This document shows positions 1-12,059 of a stretch of DNA of 64,000 bases, piece after piece. The notes under the pieces are model-generated. The model was not told the DNA's origin and did no database searches. It was given only the letters and a program-made list of their open reading frames with translations. The DNA lies in assembly GCF_009914755.1 (NCBI RefSeq), contig NC_060948.1, one strand, 5' to 3'. Numbering within the stretch: position 1 is the stretch's first letter; the number at the start of each line of letters is the position of its first letter. Source of the DNA: the human T2T-CHM13v2.0 reference genome, Homo sapiens. Both the position numbers and the translations under genes were made by a program.

Positions 1-246
1 CCACCACGAGGAATTAACAACTCCAGACAAGCTGCCTTTAAGAGCTGTAACAGTCTCCGCGAAGGTCTGCATCTTCACTCCGGAAGTCAGTGAGACCACC
101 AGAAGCAAGAAACTCTGGACACATCTGAACATCTGAAGGAACAAACTCTAGACACACCATCTTTTAGAACTGTAACACTCACCACTAGGGTTGGCAGCTT
201 CATTCTTGAAGTCAGTGAGACCAACAACCCATCAATTCCAGACGCA
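1..246 (+). mobile_element. 3' part (U5) of the 5' LTR12
   Basis: Aligns by eye to 9154-9347 and ends in ...CCAGACGCA directly before the PBS. Confidence 0.93.
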
Positions 247-249
247 TTT

Positions 250-267
250 TGGCAATCACAAAGGTAC
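250..267 (+). promoter_or_regulatory. Degenerate primer-binding site, tRNA-Arg type
   Basis: TGGCAATCACAAAGGTAC matches TGGCGACCACGAAGGGAC (complement of the tRNA-Arg 3' end, from memory) at 14/18 positions and sits 3 nt after the LTR end. Confidence 0.8.
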
Positions 268-1567
268 TATCGCCTATCACCAAGCAGTGAGACTATCAGC
301 AAGTGGTAAGACCATCGCCTATTGGTGAGATCATCACCTACTGCCAAGTGGTGAGTACCATCAGACCCCTTTCTCTTGCTATTATGTGCTATTTTTCCCT
401 AGAATTCTGGGGCTAAATATTGGGCACCTTTCGGCCAGTTAAAAGCAACTAGCGTGGCTGCTGGACTAAAGACACGGGTGTCAGCCTTTCTGAAAAGGGC
501 TCTCTAACAACCCCCGACTCTTTGGAGTTGGGAGCGTTGGTTTGCCTCAAACCAGCTTCCACTTTTCCTGTAATTCTGGGCCAAGCCAAGGGTTGACAGA
601 GAGGAAAGCCATTCGGCTCCAGGGTCCTGACAACAAGTTGGTTGACCCTGCAGCCATGAGCAGAACTCTCAAAGGCATGTTGCCCAAGAGAGACTCGTCC
701 ATCTATCCTATCTATCTTGACACTTGCCCCTGGGTCCTAATGCCTGCCAGACAAACTTCCTCTTGCCACTTTTCTCTGAGGCTAGCCCCACTTCTAAAAA
801 CCATTCCCTGTCTCTGGTGCTTCCTTAGTTTCTGCTATAATATGATTTCTAGTGTAAGCTTCAGGACTCTGTTACCTTCCTCAGGCACCTGGGCTCACCA
901 ATCAGAAAAACATATTTTTTGCCCAAAGCCCCATTGCAGGGGGAAATATCTGGAATTTTAGGATCCCACCTCAGACTAGCAGGCCTAACAAAAGCTATTG
1001 CTGAAGCTAGGATATGGGGAGCCTCAGAAATTGTATCCTTCTTATTCACATAAGTGAGGACAAAAGGTGTCACACTTCCAAACCTGGAGATCATTTCCTT
1101 CCCTCAGGTTATGGACCTCCACTTCTTTTTTTGGGCATAATATCTTTATAGGACACAGATAAGGTCCCAGTACTAAGAGGAGAATGCTTAGGACTCTAAC
1201 AGGTTTTTGAGAATGCATCAGTAAGGGCCACTAAATCCAATTTTTTCTGGTCCTCCTTGTGGGCTAGGAGGACAGGCAAGGGTGCAGCTTTCCCAAAATG
1301 CATCAGAAAGGGCCACTAAATCTGACCTTCTTCACTCCTCCTTGTGGTCTTGGAGGAAAACTAGTGTTTCTGCTGCTGCATTGGTGAGTGCAACTATTCT
1401 GATCAGCAGGGTCCAGGGACTGTTGTGGGATCTTGAGCAGGCATTGTCCCTCCTGCTGCATCAGTGAGCACAACTATTCTGATCAGCAGTGTCCAGGGAC
1501 CATTGTGGGTTCTTGGGCAGGGGGAGAAACAAAACAGAACAAAACCATAGGCAGTTTTGCCTTTCAG

Positions 1568-3024
1568 ATGGAAAACACTCCGGCATCAAGAGGTTCACCC
1601 TTGAAATGCATCCTAAGCCAATGGTACCAATTTGACACACCAATCCTGAAAAGTAGGTGGCTCATTTTTTTCTGCACTTTGGCTTGCCCCAATATTCTCC
1701 CTCTGATGGGGAAAAATGGCCACCTGAGGGAAGTACAAATGACAATACTATCCTACAGCTTGACCTCTTTTGTAAGAGGGAAGGCAAATGGAGTGAAATG
1801 CCTTATGTCCAAGCTTTCTTTTCATTGAAGGAGAATACACAACTATGCAAAGTTTGCAATTTACACCCCACAGGAGGACATTTCAGCTTACCCCCATATC
1901 CTAGCCTCCCTACAGCTCCCCTTCTTATTAATGATAAGCCTCCTCTTATCTCCCCTGCCCAGAAGGAAATAAGCAAAGAAATCTCCAAAGGACCCCAAAC
2001 CCTCCAGACTATCAGTTATGCCCCCTACAAGCTCTAGGGGAAGGGGAATTTGGTCCAACTCAGATACATGTACCCTTCTCCCTCTCTGACTTAAAGCAGA
2101 CCAAGGCAGACCTGGGGAAGTTTTCAGATGATCCCGATAAGTACATAGATGTCCTACAGAGTCTAGGGCAAACCTTTGACCTCGCTTGGAGAGATGTTAT
2201 GCTACTGTTAGGCAAAAGCCTGGCCTTTAATGAAAAGAATGTGTCTTTAGCAGCAGCCCGAGTTTGGAGATACCTGGTATCTTAGCCAAGTAAGTGATAG
2301 AATGACAGCTGAAGAAAGGGAAAAAATCCCTACCAGTCAGCAAGCCATCCCCAGTATGGATCCCCACTGGTATCTTGACTCAGATCAGGGGGACTGGAGT
2401 CGTAAACATCTGTTGACCTGTGTTCTAGAAGGACTAAGGAGAATTAGGAAAAATCTCATGAATTATTCAATGATGTCCACCATAACTCAGGGAAAGGAAG
2501 AAAATCCTTCTGCCTTCCTTGAGTGGCTATGGGAGGCCTTATGAAAATATACTCCCCTGTCACCCGAATCACTTGAGGGTCAATTGATTCTAAAAGATAA
2601 GTTTATTACCCAATCAGCCACAGATATCAGGAGAAGGCTGCAAAAGCAAGCCCTTGGCCCTGAACAAAATCTAGAGGCATTATTAAACCTGGCAACCTCC
2701 ATGTTCTATAATAACGACTAAGAGGAACAGGCCCAAAAGGAAAAGCAGGATCAGAGAAAGGCCGCAGCCTTAGTCATGGACCTCAGACAGACAAACCTTG
2801 CTGGTTCAGAGAGGACAGAAAATGGAGCAGGCCAATCACCTGGTAGCGGTTGTTATCAGTGTGGTTTACAAGGACACTTTAAAAAAGATTGTCCAATGAG
2901 GAACAAGCCACCCCGTAATCCATGTCCGCTATGCTGAGACAATCACTGGAAGGTGCACTGCCCCAGAGGACAAAGGTTCTTTAGGTCAGAGGCCCCCAAC
3001 CAGATAATCCAACAACAGGAATGA
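1568..3024 (+). pseudogene. gag: HERV9 gag, disrupted
   Basis: Starts MENTPAS..SPLKCIL. Contains [22 protein letters not shown] and the major homology region TITQGKEENPSAFLE. Zinc knuckle CYQCGLQGHFKKDC at 2851-2892; second knuckle CPLC*DNHWKVHC from 2923. TGA at 3022-3024. Several frameshifts and stops. Confidence 0.92.
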
Positions 3025-6000
3025 GGGTGCCCTGGGCAAGTGTCAGCTCACGTTGCGACCCTCACTGAGCCCTGGATATGCTTAACCATTGGTGGCCAGG
3101 AAATTGACTTCCTTCTGGACACTGGTGCAGCCTTCTCAGTGGTAATCTGCTGTCCTGGATGACTGTGCTCAAGGTCCGTTACCATCCAAGGAATCCTGGG
3201 ACATCCTGTAACCAGGTATTTCTCCCACCTCCTTAATTGTAATTGGGAGGCTGCTCTTTTCACATGCCTTTCTTGTTATGCCTGAAAGTTCTGCACCCTT
3301 ACTAGGGAGGGATATATTAGCCAAAGCTGGAGCCATTATCTACATGAATATGGGGAGTAAATTACTCATTTGTTGTCCCCTACTTGAGGAGGGAATCAAC
3401 CCTGAAGTCTGGGCATTGGAAGGACAATTTCGAAGGGCAAAATATGTTCACCCAGTCCAAATCAGGCTAAAAGATCCCACCACTTTTCCTTGTCAAAGGC
3501 AATATCCCTTAAGGCCTGAAGCTCATAAAGGATTACAGGATATTGTTAAACATTTAGAAGCTGAAGGCTTAGTAAGGAAATGCAGCAGTCCCTACAACAC
3601 CCCAGTTCTAGGAATACAAAAACCAAATGGTCAGTGAAGATTAGTGCAAGATCTTAAACTCATCAATGAGGCACTAATTCCTCTATATCCGGTTGTACCC
3701 AAACCCTATACCCTGCTCTGTCAAATACCAGAAGAAGCAGAATGGTTCATTGTTCTGGACCTCAAGGATGCCTTCTTCTGTATTCCCCTGCACTCTGACT
3801 CGCAGTTTCTCTTTGCCTTTGAGGATCCTGCAAGATCACACATTCCAACTTACATGGACAGTCTAGACCCAAGGATTTAAAGATAGCCCTCATCTGTTTG
3901 ATCAGGCACTGGCCCAAGATCTAGGCCACTTCTCAAGTCCAGGCACTCTGGTCCTTCAGTATGTGGATGATTTATTTTTGGCTACCATTTCAGAAGCCTC
4001 ATACCAGCAGGCTACTCTAGATCTCTTGAAATTTCTAGCTAATCAAGGATACAAAGTGTCTAGGTCAAAGGCCCAGCTTTGCCTACAGCAGGTCAAATAT
4101 CTAGGCCTAGTCTTAGCCAGAGGGACCAGGGCCCTCAGCAAGGAATGAAGACAGCCTATACTGGCTCATCCTCACCCTAAGACCTTAGAACTGTTATGAG
4201 GGTTCCTTAGAGTCACTGGCTTTTGCTGACTATGGATCCCCAGAAACGGCAAGTTAGCCTGGCCCCTCTATACTCTAGTCAAGGAGACCCAGAGAGCAAA
4301 TGCTCATCTAGTAGAATGGGAACAAGAGGCAGAAATAGTCTTCAAAACCTTAAAGCAGGCCCTAGTACAAGCTCCAGCTTTAAGCCTTTCCAAAGGATAA
4401 AACTGCTCTTTATACATCACTGAGAGCAGGGATCACTCTTGGAGTCCTTACTCAGACTCGTGGGACAACCCCACAACCAGTGGCATATCTAAGTAAGGTA
4501 ATTGATGAAGTAGCAAAAGGCTGGCCTCACTGTTTATGAGTAGTTGCAGTGGTGGTGGTCTTAGTGTCAGAGGCTATCAAAATAATACAAGGAAAGAATC
4601 TCACTGTCTGTACTGCTTATGATGTAAATGGCATACTAGGTACCAAAGGAAGTGTATGGCTATAAGGAAACTGCCTACTTAGACATCAGGTGCTACTCTT
4701 TGAGGGACCAGTTCTTCAAATACATATGTGTGTGGCCCTCAACCCTGCCACTTTTATCCCAGAGGATGGGGACTCCATCGAGTATGACTGCCAACAAATT
4801 ATAGTCCAGACTTATGCCACCCGAGATGATCTCTTAGAAGTCCCCTTAGCTAATCCTGACCTTAACCTATGTACCGATCGAAGTTCATTAGTGAAGAACA
4901 GGATATGAAGGGCAGGTTATGCTATAGTTAGTGAACTAACCTTACTTGAAAGTAAGCCTGTTTCTGCAGGGTCCAGTGCCCAGTTAGCAGAACTAATGAC
5001 ACTTACCCGAGCCTTAGAACTGGGAAAAAGAAAAAGAGTAAATGTGTACACAGATAGCAAGTACGGTTATCTAATCCTACATGCCCATGCTGCAATATGG
5101 AAAGAAAGGGAGTTCCTAACCTCTGTGAGGACCCCCATTAAATACCACAAGGAAATTATACAGTTATTGCATGCAGTGGAAAAACCCAAAGAGGTGGCAG
5201 TCTTACACTGCCAAAACCATCAGAAAGGTGAAGGAGAAAAGTCAGAAGGAAACTGTTGGTTTGATTCTGAGGCCAAAATTCCTGCCAGGCAGAATCCCCC
5301 TTTAGAAATACCTATGGAAGGACCCTTAGTATGGAACAAACCCCCACCAAGAGATTAAGCCTCAGTATTCCCCACCTGAAGCAGAGTGGGGAATTTCATG
5401 GGGGCATAGTTTTCTCCCCTCAGGTTGGCTACAGAAGAAGGAAAGGTACTTATACCCAAAGCCAGCCAGTGGAAAATACGTAAAACCCTCCACCAAACTT
5501 TACATATGGGTATTGAAAACACTCATCAAATGGCCAAATCCCTATTTACAGGGCCAAATCTTCTCCAAACCATCCAACAGGTAGTCAAAGCCTGTTAGGT
5601 GTGCCAAAGGAATAATCCCTTCATCCATAGTAAGACCCCTTTGGGAGAGCAAAGAATAGGTCACTATTCTGGAAAGGACTGGCAGTTAGATTTCACCCAT
5701 ATGCCTAAGTCAAAGGGATTTCAATACTTGTTGGTCTGTGTTGATGCCTTTACAGATTGGATAGAAGCTTTCCCCTGCAAGACAGAGAAGGTTTAGGAAG
5801 TGATTAAACTCCTAATTCATGAAATAATTTCTATATTTGGGCTTCCCCAAAGCTTACAGAGTGAAAATTGTCTGGCTTTTAAGGCTGCGATAACTCAAGG
5901 AATTTCCAGGGTGCTAGCGATACAATATCACCTTCACTGTGCCTGGAGGCCACAATCCTCAGGGAAGGTCAAGAAGGCAAATGAAACACTTAAGAGACAC

Positions 6001-6554
6001 TTAAGGAAACTAACACAAGAAACACATCTCCCATGGCCTAGCTATTTTGACCATTGCCTTGTTGAGAATCCGAAATTCTCCTCACAAAATGGGGCTCAGT
6101 CCATATGAAATGCTGTATGGACGATCTTTTCTCACAAAAGACCCCCTACTGGATCAGGAAATGGCCTACTTGGTCAAAGATATAACTTCTTTGTCAAAAT
6201 ATCAACAAAACCTTAAAAACCTACCTGAAGGATGTCACAGAGAAAAGGGAACAGAGTTGTTTCAACTCTTTGTGGGAAGGACCATACTCGGTAATCCTCT
6301 CTACTCTCACTGCGATTAAGGTGGCAGGAATGGAAACTTGGATTACCACACCTGAGTTAAACTTTGGACGTCCCCTGAGGAACCTGTGGAACCGTCAGCT
6401 CAGGAGTCCCAAGATCAGCCAGACCAGCCTCGATACACCTGTGAACCATTGGAGGACTTGCATCTTCTATTTCAGAAGGAAACATCCCACACTAAAAAGG
6501 CTCCTACCACTGATCCTGAGGAAAAACTCCTTCCTGCTTAAAAAAGATAAGTGA
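3025..6554 (+). pseudogene. pol: HERV9 pro-pol (protease, RT, RNase H, integrase), disrupted
   Basis: In frame after the gag TGA. Protease FLLDTGA (DTG at 3118-3126) and LLGRDIL; RT LDLKDAFF and YVDD (3960-3971); RNase H VNVYTDSKY; integrase WQLDFTHM and WRPQSSGKV; C-terminal WEGPYSV. Confidence 0.93.
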
Positions 6555-6694
6555 AAACAACACACTAACCATACTCTTTGTGATAGGATTATATACTCTA
6601 GCTCCTGCCAGTACGAAAATGCTAATCACATCAACCTTCCATCTTTCTTCTTTTAACAGCAATTTACTCCTACCTTTAACTCAGACTCGAGAAA

Positions 6695-8497
6695 ATGATC
6701 TCTTCTTCCAGAGCATCCTCTTTACCTTCCTATTTGCTCTTTGCCTATGCATCCCTCCTGCTTCCTTGGATACCTCATATAATCACCCCTCCCCTTCCAC
6801 TTTTTCCTAATTTCCTCTACAAGACTCTCAACTTAACCCAGTCTCTGTTAAACCAGTCCAGTCCTTCCCTGGCAAATGACTGTTGGCTTTGTGTCTCCCT
6901 ATCAACCTCTTCTTATGTTGCCACTCCCATTCCTGCCAAAAATTGCATCTTTACCAACTTAACCTACCACCCTTGTTATGAAGGAAAAGACCCTTTCTGA
7001 CTTCTAAATATGCAATCGTTAGCCAACTTCCCCATCTCTGATAGGATCAAGAATACCCTAACAGGATGTGCAATCCAACTTTTACGTTCTTAGATTTCCA
7101 ACCACACCTATTATGCAAGCAATGAAAAGCCCATACATGGCCCTGTAGCTATGAATACTATCTTAACTTTCCAAGCTCCTTTATGCAGCCAATGCAACCT
7201 CTTATGAGCCTGCCCCTGGGGCACCTACTACCCCATCAGTGTAATTACACCCTACAACTTCAAGCCCCAACTGATCATAGTAACCCAAACAGCTCCATTC
7301 AGACAGCTTGTCTGCTTCTCAGGGCCCCAAAATCATCACTGCCTCCCTGCTTAACAAACGGTCCAGGTCTTGTAATGGCAAACATACTCCCTGCATGATC
7401 ATTCACCCCTGGGCCCCCTGCAGCAGTGCCCCCACCACTAGTGAATGCCTTCTCATCCCCTCTTTCAATCACTCTCTCAAATTGTTCCTAGTGGATACAA
7501 AACGTTTTTTTCTCCAATGGGAAAATAGAACACAGGGAGCCATTCAGTTTTCTCCCAACACCCCTTGCCAGCCAGTCACTGGAGCTACCTTGGCAAGTAC
7601 TCTAGGAGTATGGGAAAAAGAAAACAACAAATTCACACACCTTTTTAACATACACAACCAGTTCTGTCTACCCAGCCAAGGTATATTCTTCTTATGTGGA
7701 ACATCGACCTATATCTGCCTCCCCACTAAGTGGACAGACAGCTGCACTTAGTCTTTCTAACTTCCAACATTAACATTGCCCCAGGAAATCAAAACTTATC
7801 AGTACCCCTCAAAGCTCAAGTCCATCAGCACAGGGCCATACAACAAATACCACCTACTTATAGGGTTAGGAATGGCTACTGCTACAGGAACCAGAAGAGC
7901 CAGTATATCTACTTCATTATCCTACTACCACATACTCTCAAAGGATTTCTCAGGCGGTTTGTAAGAAATAACGAACCTATCCTTACTCTGCAATCCCAAA
8001 TAGACTCTTTAGCTGCAGTGACTCTCCAAAACCGCTGAAGCCTAGACCTCCTCACTGCTGAGAAAGGAGGACTCTGCACCTTCTTAGGGGAAGAGTGTTG
8101 TTTTTACACTAAGCCATCAGGGATAGTACGAGATGCCACCCAGCATTTATAGGAAATGGTTTCTGAAATCAGACAATGCCTTTCAAACTCATACCAACCT
8201 CTCTAGTTGGGCAACATGGCTTCTCCGCTTTCTAGGTCCTGTGGCAGCCATCTTGCTTTTACTCGCCTTTGGACCCTGTATTTTTAACCTGCTTCTCAAA
8301 TTTGTTTCCTTGGAATTGAGGCCAAGAAGCTACAGATGGTCTTACAAATGGAAACCCAAATGAGCTCAACTAACAACTTCTACTGAGGACCCCTGGACCA
8401 ACACGCTGGCCCTTCCACTGGCCTAAAGCGTTCCCCTCTGGAGGACACTACAACTGAAGGGCCCTTTCTTCACCTCTATCCAGCAGTGAGTAGCTAG
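6695..8497 (+). pseudogene. env: HERV9 env, full footprint but disrupted
   Basis: Hydrophobic signal peptide; SU CWLC (6881-6892); decayed furin site followed by fusion peptide (HQHR/AIQ..LLIGLG). [19 protein letters not shown] then CTFLGEECC (8024-8101). TM anchor FLGPVAAILLLLAFGPCIFN. Confidence 0.92.
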
Positions 8498-8543
8498 AGT
8501 GGTCATTGGCCAAATTCCCAGCAGCAGTTGGGGTGTCCTGTTT

Positions 8544-8553
8544 AGAGGGGGGA
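8544..8553 (+). promoter_or_regulatory. Polypurine tract
   Basis: AGAGGGGGGA one base before the TG start of the 3' LTR. Confidence 0.85.
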
Positions 8554-8554
8554 T

Positions 8555-9347
8555 TGAGAAGTGACAACATACTAGCAGCCCTCGCTCGCTCTTGGTGCTT
8601 CCTTCACCTCAGCATCCGCTCTGGCTCTGCTTGAGGAGCCTTTCAACTGGCCACTGCCCTGTGGGGGCCCCTCTCTGGGGCTGGTTGAGGCTGGGACTGG
8701 CTCCTTCTGCTGGCCTCCTGTCTAGCTAAAGGATTGTAAATGCACCAATCAGTGCTCTGTATCTAGCTAAAGGTTTGTAAACACATCAATCAGCGCTCTG
8801 TGTCTAGCTAATCTGGTGGGGACTTGGAGAACTTTTCTGTCTAGCTAAAGGATTATAAACACACCAATCAGCACTCTGTGTCTAGCTAAAGGATTGTAAA
8901 CGCACCAATCAGCAGGCTGTCAAAATGGACCAATCAGCTCTCTGTAAAATGGACCAACCAGATGTCTGTAAAATGGACCAATCAGTAGGATGTGGGTGGG
9001 TCCAGATAAGGGAATAAAAGCAGGCCACCTGAGCCAGCAGTGGAAGCCTGCTCGGGTCCCCTTCCATTCTGTGGGAGCTTTGTTTTTTCACTCTTCACAA
9101 TAAGTCTTGCTGTTGCTCACTCTTAGTGTCTGTGCCACTTGTATGAGCACCACGAAGGTCTGCAGCTTCACTCCTGAGGCCAGTGAGACCATGAACCCAC
9201 CAGAAGGAAGAAACTCCAGACACATCTGAACATCTGAAGGAAAAAACTCCAGACACACCATCTTTAAGAACCGTAACACTCATCGTGAGGGTTCGCGGCT
9301 TCATTCTTGAAGTCAGCAAGACCAAGAACCTACCAATTCCGGACACA
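8555..9347 (+). mobile_element. 3' LTR12 (~790 bp, internally shortened)
   Basis: Begins TGAGAAGTGACAAC and ends CCGGACACA. Contains U3 CCAAT repeats and U5 repeats typical of LTR12. Confidence 0.93.
8718..9020 (+). promoter_or_regulatory. LTR12 U3 tandem enhancer (~41-bp units with CCAAT) and core promoter
   Basis: Repeated CTAGCTAAAGGATTGTAAA..CACCAATCAGC..TCTGT and shorter AAAATGGACCAATCAG units, followed by GGGTGG, AGATAA and AATAAAA (TATA-like, 9013-9019). Activity at this locus is unknown. Confidence 0.8.
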
Positions 9348-9710
9348 ATGAGACAGAATTACAGCTCTTGCAGTGTTACAGCTCTGTGACTCGTCTTTCA
9401 GAACAGGGTTACACCATAGCAAGAGAGGAACAGGTCAGGGATATTTTGCAGTCATATTTATATTTGCTTTTAAATGCATGGATTATTGCAGAAGTGCAGA
9501 AATTTATAGGGAAGGGGTGGTAATCATTGGATCATTGCCATAGAAGGGTGGTACCTCCTGTGTGTTGTAGCGGCAATGGTAAAATGACACGGCAGACTGG
9601 TGGGCATGTCTGGTTGAAAACTCCTTCTGCCTAGTCCCTGTTTTAGTTAGTCCTCAATCTGGATCCTATGTGAGCCCTACCCCTGGAGTTGAGTCCCACC
9701 TTCAACCTCA
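9348..9710 (-). mobile_element. 5' half of the 3' LTR of an older ERV1/MER4-group provirus (MER50-like), cut by the HERV9 insertion
   Basis: Minus strand begins TGAGGTTGAAGGTGGGACTCAACTCCAGGGG..GATTGAGGACTAACTAAAACAGGG, preceded by purine-rich GAGTGGAGAA (PPT-like). Family name is from memory. Confidence 0.65.
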
Positions 9711-11890
9711 TTCTCCACTCAGACATTAACTACTTTCCCTTAATCTTAAGGGGGCTGCAGGAGGGAGGAGGTCCATGCACTGTAACTGCTTCCTGCTGAG
9801 TCATGAGCATTGGCCTTGCCTAGCACTAGAGAAGTAAATTTCTCTGGATGCATGAGCTAAAGGGGAGAAACAACATTATAATTCTCCAGGTCAGTACATA
9901 AGATAACTCAAAAGCCTTAAGCCAGCGTTGTTTTCACCTGGAAATATAGTAATCTACAAGATACAAACCTTACTATGAGGCTAAACAAACAAGTAAATAA
10001 ATTAGTAACAATACAGCTGTCAAGGGTCCTAAGATAGATTTTAAAAAGGTGGAAAAAGAGAGAAATACCCTTCTTCACAGAAAATTGTGAAACTGACAAT
10101 GATACCCTTCCTCTTCTAGAAAATTCAGGAGCTCAATTGTGTTTTTCTCAGTCTTCCCTAGTAGGAAGACCCTCTATTCCCACTGGCAGCATTATGTTGC
10201 CAATTCTGGATGAATGACTGTTGATACTTTTAAGTAGGTAGTGGCGATCTTCCAAAAATTTAGATTTAGGTTACAGTGTCCTCCATTTGTGCCTGCAACT
10301 TATAAGAAACAGGTTTAATCCTGGACAATTGTATCCAACTAGGTATGCCCTAAAGTTTAAAAGGACTGGGATAGTCAACAACACCTGATAGGGGCCCTTC
10401 TGTTTTGGTTGTAATTGATTCTCAGGGGATGCTTCTTTCAAAATGTTTACAAAGTTTCATGATTGAATAGGAGGCCAGTTAATTGTGTTGTGAGAGGGGA
10501 CAATACTTTTTGTCCATAGGCTTGGAGGAGTTTTCTAACCTAGCTTAAGTTGACAATATGTGTCAACTTATGAGTTAACTATGTATCTCTTTATTAAGCA
10601 GGAGACCCCAAGCTAAACATGGCCTCACATAACTCGCCTCAAGTGGATTTTTTGGGAAGTATTTTAAGGGTCATTCCTATGTGTATAAAGACTATGGCTA
10701 AGAGAGGAACCTGGGTCTCTGAGGTCTCCTGACATGACTTAGCTAATGTCTTTTCAAAACATGATTAGATTTTTCTATTTTACCTGAGGATTGAGTACTC
10801 CATGGGGAGTGAAGGTGATAGGTAACGTCTAAAGCTGAATGCAATCTATTGGGTCACTCTAACTGTGAAGGTAGTTCCATTATCGCTCTGCAGACTTTCA
10901 GGTAATTGAAACTTTACAGTTGATCTTATTAAGTAAAAATTTGGACACTCATAATGCCTTCTCTGTCCTTGTGGGAAAAGCCTCAATTCACTTGGTGAAG
11001 GTGTCTATAAAAACAGGCAAATGTTTCCTTCACCTGTATGGTTGTATCTGATAAAACCCTATTTGCTGACTGGGCTTGGTGGCTCACACCTGTAATCCCA
11101 GCACTTTGAGAGGCCAAGGTGGGTGGATAACGAGGTCAGGAGATTGAGGTCATCCTGGCCAACACAGCAAAAGCCCATCTCTACTAAAAATACAAAATTA
11201 GCTGGGCACGATGGCACGTGCTTGTAATACCAGCTACTTGGGAGAGTGAGGCAGGAGAATCTCCTGAACCTGTGAAGTGGAGGTTGCAGTGTACAGAGAT
11301 CGTGCCCCTGTACTCCAGCTTAGCGACAGAGTGAGACTCCTTGTCAAAAACAAACAAACAAACAAAAAATTCTATTTGACAGGCTTTCCAGTGTATGCCC
11401 CTCAATGTTGTAAAGGTTTGAGTAGAGGAAGGAGTGTGGAGTAGCTTCCTGGATTGTTACGGTCACAAAGATCATAGGCCCTGGCCGTCCTCTTTATAGT
11501 CTGGAATAGATTCTTTCCTTAAATGATTTGAGAAAATAACTTGTATATTGAGACCTGTCCCAAAAGTGAGGAGTCATATAAAAGATTAACTCTTTTTCAT
11601 TGCATTGCCTCAGGGAGAAAGAGTTTTGTTGCATTCTAGCAACCATCCTGAGGGATTCTTTTGTAAGCCTTTCTGTTCTGCCGATTGAATTTTTTCGTGG
11701 GTACAGTGTGGTGTTCCCAACATGGGTGCAGTATCTGACATTAGCCAGTGGCCTGTAACAATGTTACCTCTTTAGATGTGGCCTCAGCCGTTTTCTTTCC
11801 CAGAGAATTTCCTTTGATAATAGAAGGGCCTTCTTTTTAGTGCCTACTGCAGTGAATCATGGCTACCTTCTTTAAGAGCTAGACAGTTAG
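9711..11890 (-). pseudogene. pol: Internal region of that older ERV1 provirus, with RNase H and integrase remnants
   Basis: Minus-strand translations give VAMIHCSRH (~11835-11868), SLQSDNG (~10877-10897) and YHLHSPWSTQSSGKIEKSN (~10765-10822). No clear env. Confidence 0.75.
11068..11368 (+). mobile_element. Alu (AluSc/AluY-like)
   Basis: Full dimer with an A/C tail. Target-site duplication (TSD) AAAA(cc/tt)CTATTTG on both sides. Confidence 0.95.
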
Positions 11891-11924
11891 TTATATGCAA
11901 ATACTACATTATCTAATGCCAAGA

Positions 11925-11997
11925 AATTGAGAATCTGCAGATTTTGGTATCCATGGATGTCCTGAAACAATCCCTCACTGATACTGAGGGACCATTA
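11925..11997. mobile_element. TcMar-Tigger (MER2-like) terminal fragment
   Basis: GATTTTGGTATCCATGGATGTCCTGAAACAATCCCTCACTGATACTGAGGGAC resembles the MER2/Tigger terminus. Confidence 0.6.
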
Positions 11998-12059
11998 TGT
12001 ATACTTTAATATCACACATCTCACAATGGAAGTAAAGCCTCCATTATCACTCAAGTAAT

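Larger units (their letters stand above)
1..9347 (+). mobile_element. HERV9 (ERV-9, LTR12-flanked) gamma-like provirus, defective; 5' LTR runs off the window start
   Basis: Order is LTR-PBS-gag-pro-pol-env-PPT-LTR. Both ends share the LTR12 U5 (GAAGTCAG..AGACCAA.AACC.A.CAATTCC.GAC.CA). Retroviral protein motifs are recognisable but broken by many stops and frameshifts. Confidence 0.95.

Noticed and set aside
250-267. tRNA gene
   Set aside because: Only an 18-nt complement of a tRNA 3' end (a PBS); there is no cloverleaf.
542-961. 139-aa ORF in the HERV9 leader
   Set aside because: Non-ATG start, no recognisable domain, and located in the untranslated leader.
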